This document shows positions 1 to 8,517 of a DNA stretch of 30,078 bases, in pieces. The notes beneath the pieces were generated by a model, which was not told the DNA's origin, did no database searches, and saw only the letters and a list, made by a program, of their open reading frames with translations. The translations under genes were made by a program, and so were the position numbers. This DNA is from Chlamydiota bacterium (lineage in GTDB: Bacteria; Chlamydiota; Chlamydiia; Chlamydiales; SM23-39). Location: contig JBCAXK010000017.1 in assembly GCA_038534095.1 (NCBI GenBank), forward strand, positions 1 through 30,078. Direction: 5' to 3'. Positions within the stretch are counted from its first letter, which is position 1; each line of letters starts with the position of its first letter.

Positions 1-18
1 GCTGTTGCAATGAAGCAT
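1..18 (-). CDS. Possible 5' end of a gene running off the window (MLHCNS...)
   Basis: Minus-strand ATG at 18-16 with AGGAG Shine-Dalgarno (ctcct at 29-33) and AT-rich upstream DNA; only 6 codons visible. Confidence 0.3.
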
Positions 19-486
19 GATCAATTGACTCCTAAAAATAGATGAAAATATTTTAACGCTAAAAAGTATTTTTCAAGAAAATATTTGCCAATCAAGAGGA
101 AATAGCGTAAGAAAGAGGAAAAAAGCATGTATGATTCATGTAAGATGGATGATTGCCGGTTAGAGGAAAATCATCTCTCGACGAGTTGCTTAAAAAAAGC
201 CGTTTCTCGATTGCCCATTTTGTAATGCTCATAGCTACGCGTCTTACAGCCAACGAAGATTCTACAAGATACATTTTTCCTATGGAAAAAAGTATTCATA
301 AGAGGGGATCTCTGTAGCCTGGAGTCAGCGGTGACAAGAGGATATTTTTTTAGATCTCTCTATTCTTGGATCCTCGATCATTGAGAACTGCTCGATAGGT
401 ATTTCTGGCGATAATTGGCTGAAATTCATGTATCCTGCTTGGCTTTTCGGAAGGAAGATAACAAAATCACTGAAAACTTTGATGCG

Positions 487-3400
487 TCAGTTCTGAGCGT
501 AGGGTGACTCAGAGATAGGTGGATAAGAAACTTCTGATAAAGCGCTCTTAGGATTTGAAGAGGAGTTTTCGAAGGTTTTTCGGAAGTAATTGCTAAAAAA
601 CGCATGGACTCCCATCTTCTTGAGGAGGATTTTTACAGGGAAAAAGATCAGGTCGTCAAACAAAAGGAGCGGCTGAAGCGCTCGATTTAGGTATGGGAAT
701 AGGCTACTAAAGCCTGCAAATATTTGGGAGATTTTATAACAGAGATAGGCGGCGTGTTTGACGAGAATCAGTCTAGGGTGCTTTTGACATATTGGAGTGA
801 TTAGAGAAGGTTCGTTTTGCTGAAAAGCTCGATAGAATGCTTCAAAAGAGCTGCTCATTGAGGGGGTAACAGATTGTTGTAGTAAAGCAAAAGCGAGCTT
901 GAGATTTCTTTCGAAACAGGCGTTGTTGACCTCTCGGCTAATGAGCGCAGATACCTTTTTACTGGGGACACATGCGAGAAGTGTCGTGATGGTATCTCGT
1001 TGCTGACCCGTTGTGTTTGTAAATTCGAAAGGAAGGGCGCCTGAGCGCACCTTCATAAAAAGTAAGCTGATTTGCCCAACAACTTTCTCAGACTCCAAGG
1101 TCGCTGCCTGTAAAAAAAGAGCGATTGCTGGCTTGCTCAGGAACTGCAGAGCCCCTAAATTGTTTGAACGCAGTAAAAACGTGTCCAATAAGTCGATGGT
1201 TTTTTGGGTAGGTTGATCTTTGATCACCCATTGTTCTAAGGCGCCCACTTCTAAACAGGTTTGTAAAAATCTGGCACTTCTATGGATTGCGCGCAGCATG
1301 GCCTCCCGAAAATGGGGAACATTTGTATCGTGAAATGTTGAGGCAATGTCTGAGGCTAAATCCCAAACGCCTTGTTCAACGTAACGGTTTAGCGCTGGGT
1401 AAGCTTGATGGGGGCGCAGTGAATGAGGATAACGTCTTAGGCAAGTAGCCACAACTTCCTCCCAACCTTCCGCTATTGCGAAATCAAATAGCTCGGAGAC
1501 GGCGTTGTCATCTGCGCACCACTGTCCTAAAGAAGGGTGAGAAAGAATCTGGGTGATCATAGAAGGGATACGCGCTCGGTTTGATCGGATGAGTTGCGGC
1601 TGATCAAAAAACGTACGGTGAGCCCGATAATAGGCGCCTTTGCCCGCATGCTGAGCCCAATTGCAAAATTCTCCAAAGTCAAAGAAGAAAGAGACTCTAT
1701 TGTGCTCAAGAAATATGTCAATGACCTCTTGGTTATACGCGCTAAAAGCGTTTAAAAAACAGCTCATTTTTGTTTCGTTTCTTAATAGGTCAGCTTTTGC
1801 TCTATTGAGTATTGTTCTCACAATATTGCCTCCTTGTGCGGGAAGGACTTCCGTGGCTTTTCGCAAAGTAGGAGCAATGCTCTCCCATGTTAGAAATTTG
1901 TGGGGGGAGTCATTATGGAGAGTGAATATCTCTTCTAACAATAGATATCCATTAGGTTCAGAAGTGGACGCTTCAATCAATTTGTCGAAAATTGTATGCG
2001 ATAGCCTATCTGTTGGACATAAAATGGGATCGTTTAAGACGTGGCTTACCACACTTTGTAAGAAGTTTTGATCCCTTTCTTCTAAACCTTTTCTTAAGAT
2101 TGCTAGTAAGTAGTGAGAAAATACATTGTTGTATTCGCCTCTGATGTTTTTTATCCGATAAGGGAACGTTTTGAAGAAATTCTCCAAAGCACATCCCTGA
2201 TGATGAAACGAAGATGCGGTATGATAAAAGCTTTCTGCGAACTCTTTTTCTGAAAAAATCCTAAGAGATTTGCATGGATTGCGAGGATTGATCAGGCGTT
2301 TAATCCTTATTTGGGAGATAGATATAGAAAATGCGGCACTTTGCCTTGCTGCAGCAAGGATTAATGGTTTGCAGAGTCGCAGGTCTTCGGGGGTCAAGGC
2401 ACGAATGAGGTTAGCAGCAAATTTCGAAGACATGTTTGTGTCTTGTGCGAATAAGTTGCCAGAGAAGTGACTAGTTTCTATATGAAGGTGCGCGGAAAAG
2501 GGCTCTCTTGTAAGAAAACGCAAGAGGGTAGAGTAGGCCTGCACATTTGATAGTGAACTGCGATGACATTGCATACAAATCATCAGTACATGAAAACAAG
2601 GTTTTCTCATCGATAAGTTCCAAATGTTTTGGATGGCGCTTTTTTTTCTACGCGCACGGTCTGCAATTGTCGCATCTTGTAAAGAAGGGTGAGAAATAAC
2701 TGTACGAATCATACAAGAGGGATCATAAGAAACCGAAGTGTTTGAGAGGTAGCTCACAAAATGTTGCGCGTTAAAAAAAGATTGTTTCCCATTTTCTTTT
2801 AAAAAAAGGGCCACTGCCTTCTGGTTATTGTACTTAATCGCAGCAAAAAAGCAGCTACGTAGCCCCTCTCTTGTCATAAGACCACGTTTTTTGAGAATCA
2901 TTGACGCTATTTCTAGAGATTTGGGCGTCTTCATGGAGATTGCCTGAGTCAAAGCCGTTTCTAAATGTGCAGCTGTCAGTAGATCGGGACCGCTCTTGCA
3001 CGCGTCTTGTAAATGAAAGAGAGTTGTGATCAGGTCTTGATTGTACAAACGTAGGGCTCTTGCAAACACTTGATCTACAGTATTTCGGATAGTAGGAGCC
3101 TGCGTTCCTAAATCTTCAATGAGCTTTTGTAAAAACAAACGATCATTGTTTTTATGCCCTTCTAAAAAAAGAAGCAGGTAATTTACTTTAAAAATGTTGT
3201 GGATTTTGCCATCAATTTGTACAAGCAACTGTGGTAAAGAACGAAAGAATTTTTGTAGTTTTGCAGGTGCTTGGTCTGGAAGCCCCAGCTTGGTAATGGC
3301 GGCAGCTGCCCCATAGATGATTTCAGGATAAGTGAGCTCAAAGCCTCTTCTCGACTTTGCAAGGCTCTTGTTCGTTAACCCTTCCACAACCATTAGAATC

Positions 3401-3699
3401 TTTGAGAAGTCTTTGGGAGTTATAGACAGCGTGACTGGACAAGTAGGGGAAGAGGGGAGGTACCTAGGAGAAGGATTGACGAGTAACACGTCGCGCAGCA
3501 TTTTTCTAAATGATGGCCCAGAGTTTCCGAGAGCTAGAGTCCATTTATGCAAGCTTTCCCAATCGAGATGCTTCGCAATCGCTGTATTGATCCTAGGCTG
3601 TAGAAGTCGTTTATACGAACTACCTTCAGGAGATCGGGGGCGCCGGGCAGATAATGATTCGAAAAGATGGGCAAAGGTGTTGTACGCAAAAGAGACCAT
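487..3699 (-). CDS. Large hypothetical alpha-helical protein with internal duplication and degenerate ankyrin-like helices; candidate secreted effector
   Basis: 1070-aa ORF; segments such as FARALRLYNQDLITTLF, CFFAAIKYNNQKAVALFL, CFLNAFSAYNQEVIDIFL; repeated SHPSL and QAY motifs; no enzyme motif recognised. Confidence 0.75.
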   Translation of the reverse strand: MVSFAYNTFAHLFESLSARRPRSPEGSSYKRLLQPRINTAIAKHLDWESLHKWTLALGNSGPSFRKMLRDVLLVNPSPRYLPSSPTCPVTLSITPKDFSKILMVVEGLTNKSLAKSRRGFELTYPEIIYGAAAAITKLGLPDQAPAKLQKFFRSLPQLLVQIDGKIHNIFKVNYLLLFLEGHKNNDRLFLQKLIEDLGTQAPTIRNTVDQVFARALRLYNQDLITTLFHLQDACKSGPDLLTAAHLETALTQAISMKTPKSLEIASMILKKRGLMTREGLRSCFFAAIKYNNQKAVALFLKENGKQSFFNAQHFVSYLSNTSVSYDPSCMIRTVISHPSLQDATIADRARRKKSAIQNIWNLSMRKPCFHVLMICMQCHRSSLSNVQAYSTLLRFLTREPFSAHLHIETSHFSGNLFAQDTNMSSKFAANLIRALTPEDLRLCKPLILAAARQSAAFSISISQIRIKRLINPRNPCKSLRIFSEKEFAESFYHTASSFHHQGCALENFFKTFPYRIKNIRGEYNNVFSHYLLAILRKGLEERDQNFLQSVVSHVLNDPILCPTDRLSHTIFDKLIEASTSEPNGYLLLEEIFTLHNDSPHKFLTWESIAPTLRKATEVLPAQGGNIVRTILNRAKADLLRNETKMSCFLNAFSAYNQEVIDIFLEHNRVSFFFDFGEFCNWAQHAGKGAYYRAHRTFFDQPQLIRSNRARIPSMITQILSHPSLGQWCADDNAVSELFDFAIAEGWEEVVATCLRRYPHSLRPHQAYPALNRYVEQGVWDLASDIASTFHDTNVPHFREAMLRAIHRSARFLQTCLEVGALEQWVIKDQPTQKTIDLLDTFLLRSNNLGALQFLSKPAIALFLQAATLESEKVVGQISLLFMKVRSGALPFEFTNTTGQQRDTITTLLACVPSKKVSALISREVNNACFERNLKLAFALLQQSVTPSMSSSFEAFYRAFQQNEPSLITPICQKHPRLILVKHAAYLCYKISQIFAGFSSLFPYLNRALQPLLLFDDLIFFPVKILLKKMGVHAFFSNYFRKTFENSSSNPKSALSEVSYPPISESPYAQN

Positions 3700-3927
3700 G
3701 TTTTTGTCTTTGTAAAAAATAATTGAAAGAGGATTGGGGAAAAGATTTTTTAAAGCAAAGTTTTTTGAGTAAGATCCTTGTAAAATGGGCCCTTAAGTTG
3801 GAAAAAAGGAGATTGACGTGCAAGCGGCATGGTTTCTGCCCATAGAACTTCGCTTCTTAAGGGAAATAAAAGTCTTTATCTTGAGAAAAAAGGGTCCTTC
3901 GCCAAATGTTCTAAGGATTTCTCTACC

Positions 3928-3957
3928 TTGCGAGTAAAGCGGTTTTTTTCGTAAAAT
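3928..3957 (+). promoter_or_regulatory. Putative sigma70/sigma66 promoter of pheT
   Basis: TTGCGA-N18-TAAAAT ending 25 bp upstream of the pheT ATG. Confidence 0.4.
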
Positions 3958-3982
3958 TGGTCATAAACAGTGACGTGCTCTC

Positions 3983-6340
3983 ATGAAAATCCCTCTATCT
4001 CTACTCAAAGAATACTTGCCTATTGATCATCGCCCTTTGTCAGAAATTTCAGAGGCTCTCGTCTCTTTGGGCATTGAGGTGGATGGTATTGAAGGCAAAG
4101 AGCCGGTCTTTTCTGGCGTTGTTGCCGCGCAAGTGAAAAGAGTTACCCCTCATCCCCAAACAGACAAGCTGCAGATCGTTCATGTCAGCATCGGGGAGAA
4201 GACGTATCAAGTCGTTTGTGGAGATCTTACGGTAAAAACTGGGGAAATGGTTTCTTTTGCTCCGGTAGGAGCGACCATTAAGGGTGTCTCTATTCAGAAA
4301 AGAGGACTTCGAGGGGAGACTTCTGAAGGGATGCTGACTTCAGCAAAGGAGCTTGGCATTTACGACGCTTCATCAGAGGTTTTGCGATTGGATGAGACGT
4401 TTTCTTTAGGACAGGATTTACGCACGACTCTTCATGATCCGATTTTCGTCTGTTCTCTTACTCCAAATTTAGGCCACTGTCAAAGCGTTCTTGGTGTGGC
4501 TCGAGAGCTGAGCGCCTACTTTCAGATCCCTCTTCATCCCACTTGCCCAAAAGCCTCCTATGAAATTGCTCCGATCGAGATTGAAGATCCCGAGGATTGC
4601 TCTAGGTACAGCTGGCTTGTTTTAGAAGACATTCCAGAAACCCCTTCCCCTTTTTGGCTTAGGTCTGCTTTAGAAAAGGGGGGATTTTCCCCATCATTTT
4701 TGCTCGTCGATCTTGTGAATTATGTGCTGCTCATGACAGGGCAGCCTATGCACGCATTCTCTGATGCAGTTTATGGGAAAGCCTTGGCTGTGAAACGGGT
4801 TCGGGAAGAAACGCCGTTTTTGGGCGTAGATGGGGAAACCCGAGTCTGCGCGTCAGGAGCCTTGGGTGTTTACGCAGAGGATCAGCTGATTGCTCTTGGA
4901 GGAATCCTTGGGGGAAAAGAACATTCTGTAGAAAAAAATACCCGCTCCTATCTGATCGAAGCGGCCCATTTTTCTCCTGAAATCATCCGCAAAACAAGCA
5001 GGAAGATGCATCTTCGCTCAGAAAGTAGCGCCCGGTTTGAAAAAAGCGTTGATCCCTCTCTTGGGCCCGATGCCCTCTTCTTGTTAGCCTCTCTTGTGGA
5101 AAAGATCACAGGAAAGACGATCCAAGCAAAAATTCAAAGCTCATCAGATGCTCCAGAAAACCGAAAAGTGCTTTGCCGAAAAAGTCGGGTAGAAAAATTG
5201 CTTGGCGTTCCGATGAGTCTGAATGAAATGGAGGATATTTTTGCCAGGCTAGATTGCTCTTGGTCTTTGCAAGATGATGAAACCTTAGAGGTGATCGTTC
5301 CCACCTACAGGCTTGATCTAGTTTCTGAAATCGATTTGATTGAAGAAATAGCCCGTTTTTATGGATTTGAGCACCTCACATCGGATCGAGAAAAAAGAGC
5401 TGTTTCTATCGGTCAACACGACCCGCTGTATCTTTTTTCGTCTAAAATGCGTGAGCGCGCCTTGCGCCTCTCTTTTGATGAATGCATTACACCCGATCTC
5501 ATTAGCCATGATCTTGCAAAATTGACCGAGGAAGTGTCTCTTCGAAAAAAAGATCTTTTAGAAACGCTTTACGCTAAATCGGAAGATCACGCGATTCTTC
5601 GCTCCACCTTTTTAGGATCTTTTTTGCAGATTCTTAGTAAAAGAGTACGGCTACAAAACGCGAACATGCAGATATTTGAGATGGGGAAAGTCCATCTTAT
5701 GCATGAAGATCAGCCCGCAGAAAAGCCGGTTATTGCCTTCATGACTTCTGGAGAAAATGCTCCCTCTTTTTGGGGAAAAAAGACAGAGTCTCACGATTTT
5801 TTTTCCTTAAAAGGGAAGATGGAAACGCTTCTTTCCCACTTTGATCACCTTACTTTTGCTCCTTCAAAACATCCCAGCCTTCATCCAACAAGACAAGCTG
5901 ACATTTATCTAGCAGGGGAGGATATTGGGGTAATTGGAGAGGTGCATCCTAAGATTCTTGCCTCCCTATCGATCAAACAAAAAGCCTTTTTTGCAGAGCT
6001 CCACGTAGATCCTTTGTATCAGGAGCAAAAAGGGGAAGAGAACATTCGCCTGTTTTCTCCTTACCCTTGCTCGACAAGAGATTGGACCATCCCGATTGAA
6101 AAAAAGCATACCTTTTCCTTTTTAGCCAAGATTTTGGAAAGGGTTTCCTCCTCTATTTTAGAATCGGCTCAGCTCATCTCTGTGTTTTCTCATCAAAACA
6201 CGGGGAAAAATCACTATACGATTCGCTTTACCTACCGCTCTTTTTCAGGAACATTATCTTTAGAGGAGATTGAGAAAGAACATGCTCAGATACAAAAATA
6301 TTGTGAAGAAGAGATTCAAAAAAACCTTTCTCCAGCGTGA
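3983..6340 (+). CDS. pheT: Phenylalanine--tRNA ligase beta subunit
   Basis: MKIPLSLLKEY start, tRNA-binding OB fold (HPQTDKL, VVCG, RGETSEGMLTS), LTPNLGHC, GQPMHAF, SARFEK, VPTYRLDL..EIDLIEEIARFYGF, C-terminal FDX-ACB domain. Confidence 0.98.
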   Translation: MKIPLSLLKEYLPIDHRPLSEISEALVSLGIEVDGIEGKEPVFSGVVAAQVKRVTPHPQTDKLQIVHVSIGEKTYQVVCGDLTVKTGEMVSFAPVGATIKGVSIQKRGLRGETSEGMLTSAKELGIYDASSEVLRLDETFSLGQDLRTTLHDPIFVCSLTPNLGHCQSVLGVARELSAYFQIPLHPTCPKASYEIAPIEIEDPEDCSRYSWLVLEDIPETPSPFWLRSALEKGGFSPSFLLVDLVNYVLLMTGQPMHAFSDAVYGKALAVKRVREETPFLGVDGETRVCASGALGVYAEDQLIALGGILGGKEHSVEKNTRSYLIEAAHFSPEIIRKTSRKMHLRSESSARFEKSVDPSLGPDALFLLASLVEKITGKTIQAKIQSSSDAPENRKVLCRKSRVEKLLGVPMSLNEMEDIFARLDCSWSLQDDETLEVIVPTYRLDLVSEIDLIEEIARFYGFEHLTSDREKRAVSIGQHDPLYLFSSKMRERALRLSFDECITPDLISHDLAKLTEEVSLRKKDLLETLYAKSEDHAILRSTFLGSFLQILSKRVRLQNANMQIFEMGKVHLMHEDQPAEKPVIAFMTSGENAPSFWGKKTESHDFFSLKGKMETLLSHFDHLTFAPSKHPSLHPTRQADIYLAGEDIGVIGEVHPKILASLSIKQKAFFAELHVDPLYQEQKGEENIRLFSPYPCSTRDWTIPIEKKHTFSFLAKILERVSSSILESAQLISVFSHQNTGKNHYTIRFTYRSFSGTLSLEEIEKEHAQIQKYCEEEIQKNLSPA

Positions 6341-6359
6341 AATTTTTCTTACGTCTTTC

Positions 6360-6388
6360 TTGCATTCTGATCAAACCCCCATTATGAT
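6360..6388 (+). promoter_or_regulatory. Putative sigma70/sigma66 promoter
   Basis: TTGCAT-N17-TATGAT followed by GGAGG RBS at 6406-6410 and ATG at 6415. Confidence 0.55.
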
Positions 6389-6414
6389 GAACAGTTAATT
6401 ATGTTGGAGGTTCT

Positions 6415-7386
6415 ATGAAACAACTCTGGGTTTTTCTCTTTCCGCTTATCCTCGCTTCGTGTACCCAGTCACACCTGAATGATCAAGTCGTCTCACAAAA
6501 ATATATTCATAAGTATGGATTTGAGCTAGATAAAGAAGAGTGGGCTCAGAGAGATCAGGATGGTAGAATCGAACAGTATTTAGATAGCGGCATTAAGGTT
6601 GTCAAGAGTTATCGTGAGGGCTATCTTCATGGGATCACCTCTTACACCTATCCTTACAGCGCAACTGTGGAAAAAACCCTTGTGTACGATGAAGGGGAGC
6701 TTGTGAAAGAAACCATTCATGATCGGAAAGGGATGCCTATCCAACAAAAAAATTATCTTTCCGAAGAGGAAAAAATGATCACCTACTGGAGTGAGTTAGG
6801 GTCTCCTTTGCGCGTTGAAACGTATCAACAAGGCTTATTGAATGAAGGTCTGTATTACAACGCTGCTAATGAATTGGAAGGGAAGGTTGAAAACGGCACA
6901 GGAGTCCGCTACAAAAGGATGCGCGATGGAACCTTGATCGGTATGGATGATATCCAAGAAGGTGCCCTTGTGAAAAGAATTTCGTATCACCCAAATGGGA
7001 AAGAGCACATCATTTCCTACTTCCAGGATTACCTCCTCCAAGGAAAACAAGAAATCTACACTCCAGAGGGGAACTTGTACATGGTCAATGAGTGGGACGA
7101 TGGACTTCTCCACGGGAAAAAACTTGCTTACCGCGATGGGAGGTTGATCATTGCAACCAATTATCGGTATGGGAAGAAAGAGGGGATCGAAACCCGTTTT
7201 GATGCTTATGGAAAACTGCTTTCAGAGGTGGCTTATCAAGACGATGAGCGTCATGGATTAAGTCAGTACTACGGCGCTAGAAACAAAGTGAAAGAAGAGT
7301 GGTTTTATCGGGGAAAGCCGACAACTACCGAGCGATTTGATATCCTAACGAGCAAAGATCTATTGATTGCGAACATTGATGAATAG
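6415..7386 (+). CDS. Lipoprotein with MORN-variant (YwqK-like) repeats; resembles the conserved chlamydial gene following pheT
   Basis: Lipobox LILAS|C; repeated Y..G.LHG....Y...G units (YREGYLHG, YHPNGK, WDDGLLHG, YRYGKKEG, YQDDERHG); GGAGG RBS. Confidence 0.85.
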   Translation: MKQLWVFLFPLILASCTQSHLNDQVVSQKYIHKYGFELDKEEWAQRDQDGRIEQYLDSGIKVVKSYREGYLHGITSYTYPYSATVEKTLVYDEGELVKETIHDRKGMPIQQKNYLSEEEKMITYWSELGSPLRVETYQQGLLNEGLYYNAANELEGKVENGTGVRYKRMRDGTLIGMDDIQEGALVKRISYHPNGKEHIISYFQDYLLQGKQEIYTPEGNLYMVNEWDDGLLHGKKLAYRDGRLIIATNYRYGKKEGIETRFDAYGKLLSEVAYQDDERHGLSQYYGARNKVKEEWFYRGKPTTTERFDILTSKDLLIANIDE

Positions 7387-7593
7387 GGATTTTCTCTATT
7401 TTGATAGAAGCGCCTTATATCTTGAGCGTTCTGATCGATCCTCTAGCTCTGAGGTAAGAGATTTGCGTGTTGCTGTGCGCGACAAGAGATCACCCACATT
7501 CCGCACCCTTTTGGGGCGTAGATTTTTGAAAAGGTGCTCTGAGTGATCAATAGGCTTTTCATGAAAGTATGGCGTTAGCGGGTTAAAGTATCT

Positions 7594-8054
7594 CTATACA
7601 GCTACAAGGTCTGTAGGAACATCGAACGCAAGAGGCGCTATTGGCTGAGAATACTCGATCATATGGATCATTTTGAAAGCCCTTCGAAAATCAGCATCCT
7701 TAGCCAGCAACTGATCAAGTAGCCAAAGCCTAAGATCTCTTTGTGTGGTTAAATGCATCTTGGAACCCTGATTACCCGTTTTTTCCCATTTCACGACGGC
7801 TGGGTGGGTCACTCCAAAGAGTTTGCCAAATTCGGTCTGATTCATCTCAAGCCAATTGCGAATAAAACGAATTTGATTTCCAGTTATGTCCGATGGATGA
7901 TGAGCAAGAGCCAATAAAACAACCTTCTAAGAGATTGAGGTCAATATCTAAGGCGTAGACTCCACTTAAGCTCGATCATCGGAACATTGCGTGAGATAAT
8001 AGGAAATCCCGATCCCTCATAAACAACTTCTTTTTCAACTTTCTGTTTTTTCAT
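7594..8054 (-). pseudogene. XRE/Cro HTH antitoxin (MqsA/HigA-like), two frameshifts
   Basis: ATG at 8054 gives MKKQKVEKEVVYEGSGFPIISRNVPMIEL; shift near 7968 to SGVYALDIDLNLL; second shift near 7928 to KVVLLALAHHPSDITGNQIRFIRNWLEMNQTEFGKLFGVTHPAVVKWEK (HTH_3 signature). Confidence 0.8.
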
Positions 8055-8059
8055 CTTTT

Positions 8060-8381
8060 CTAGTGTCCCTGCTCAATGTAAAAGGCTGTTATGATTAAGA
8101 GGTTTCTTTCGTCATCAAATGAAACAATCATCCGTAAATCCAACCCATCCACTGTTTGCCCCTTTACCGCATAGTTCCATGTATTAAAAACTTCATCAAC
8201 GTGGTCTCCTGCTTTTTTCATGCCTTCCTGTCGTTAACACATGGATTATTTCGAGTAAGATGATGTTTCTCTCATTTTTCCTCAGCGCTGCATGAAGAGT
8301 ATCTCGATAGGCGCCTGAGGCAATACAGCTTTTGATTTGGTCGATGAGGTATTGAATTTTTTTCGGTCCTTTCGATGGCAA
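8060..8381 (-). pseudogene. DUF4258-family (RelE-like fold) putative toxin, one +1 frameshift
   Basis: YRDTLHAALRKNERNIILLEIIHVLTTGRHEK continues in the +1 frame as DHVDEVFNTWNYAVKGQTVDGLDLRMIVSFDDERNLLIITAFYIEQGH*; stop at 8060-8062 lies 5 bp before the antitoxin ATG. Confidence 0.8.
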
Positions 8382-8517
8382 TATTTAGAAACCTATATTT
8401 TTTTTAAATGGAACTGATTGACTTTGATTTATTAACGGGTTTCTTGGCTTCTCAGCTCCTAATAATATAAAAAGATCAGAAATCTAGGATTGTTTGTTTT
8501 TATTCACTCTACTCCTT

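Noticed and set aside
92..274. 60-aa minus-strand ORF
   Set aside because: Short, no recognisable motif; cannot be distinguished from a chance ORF
3825..3840. CGGCATGGTTTCTGC, a GG-N10-GC sigma54-like site upstream of pheT
   Set aside because: Several mismatches to consensus, and a sigma70-type promoter lies closer to pheT
8205..8222. AAAAAAG run in the toxin gene as a programmed -1 frameshift site
   Set aside because: The heptamer is not in the A-AAA-AAG phase, the required shift is +1, and the partner gene is also broken
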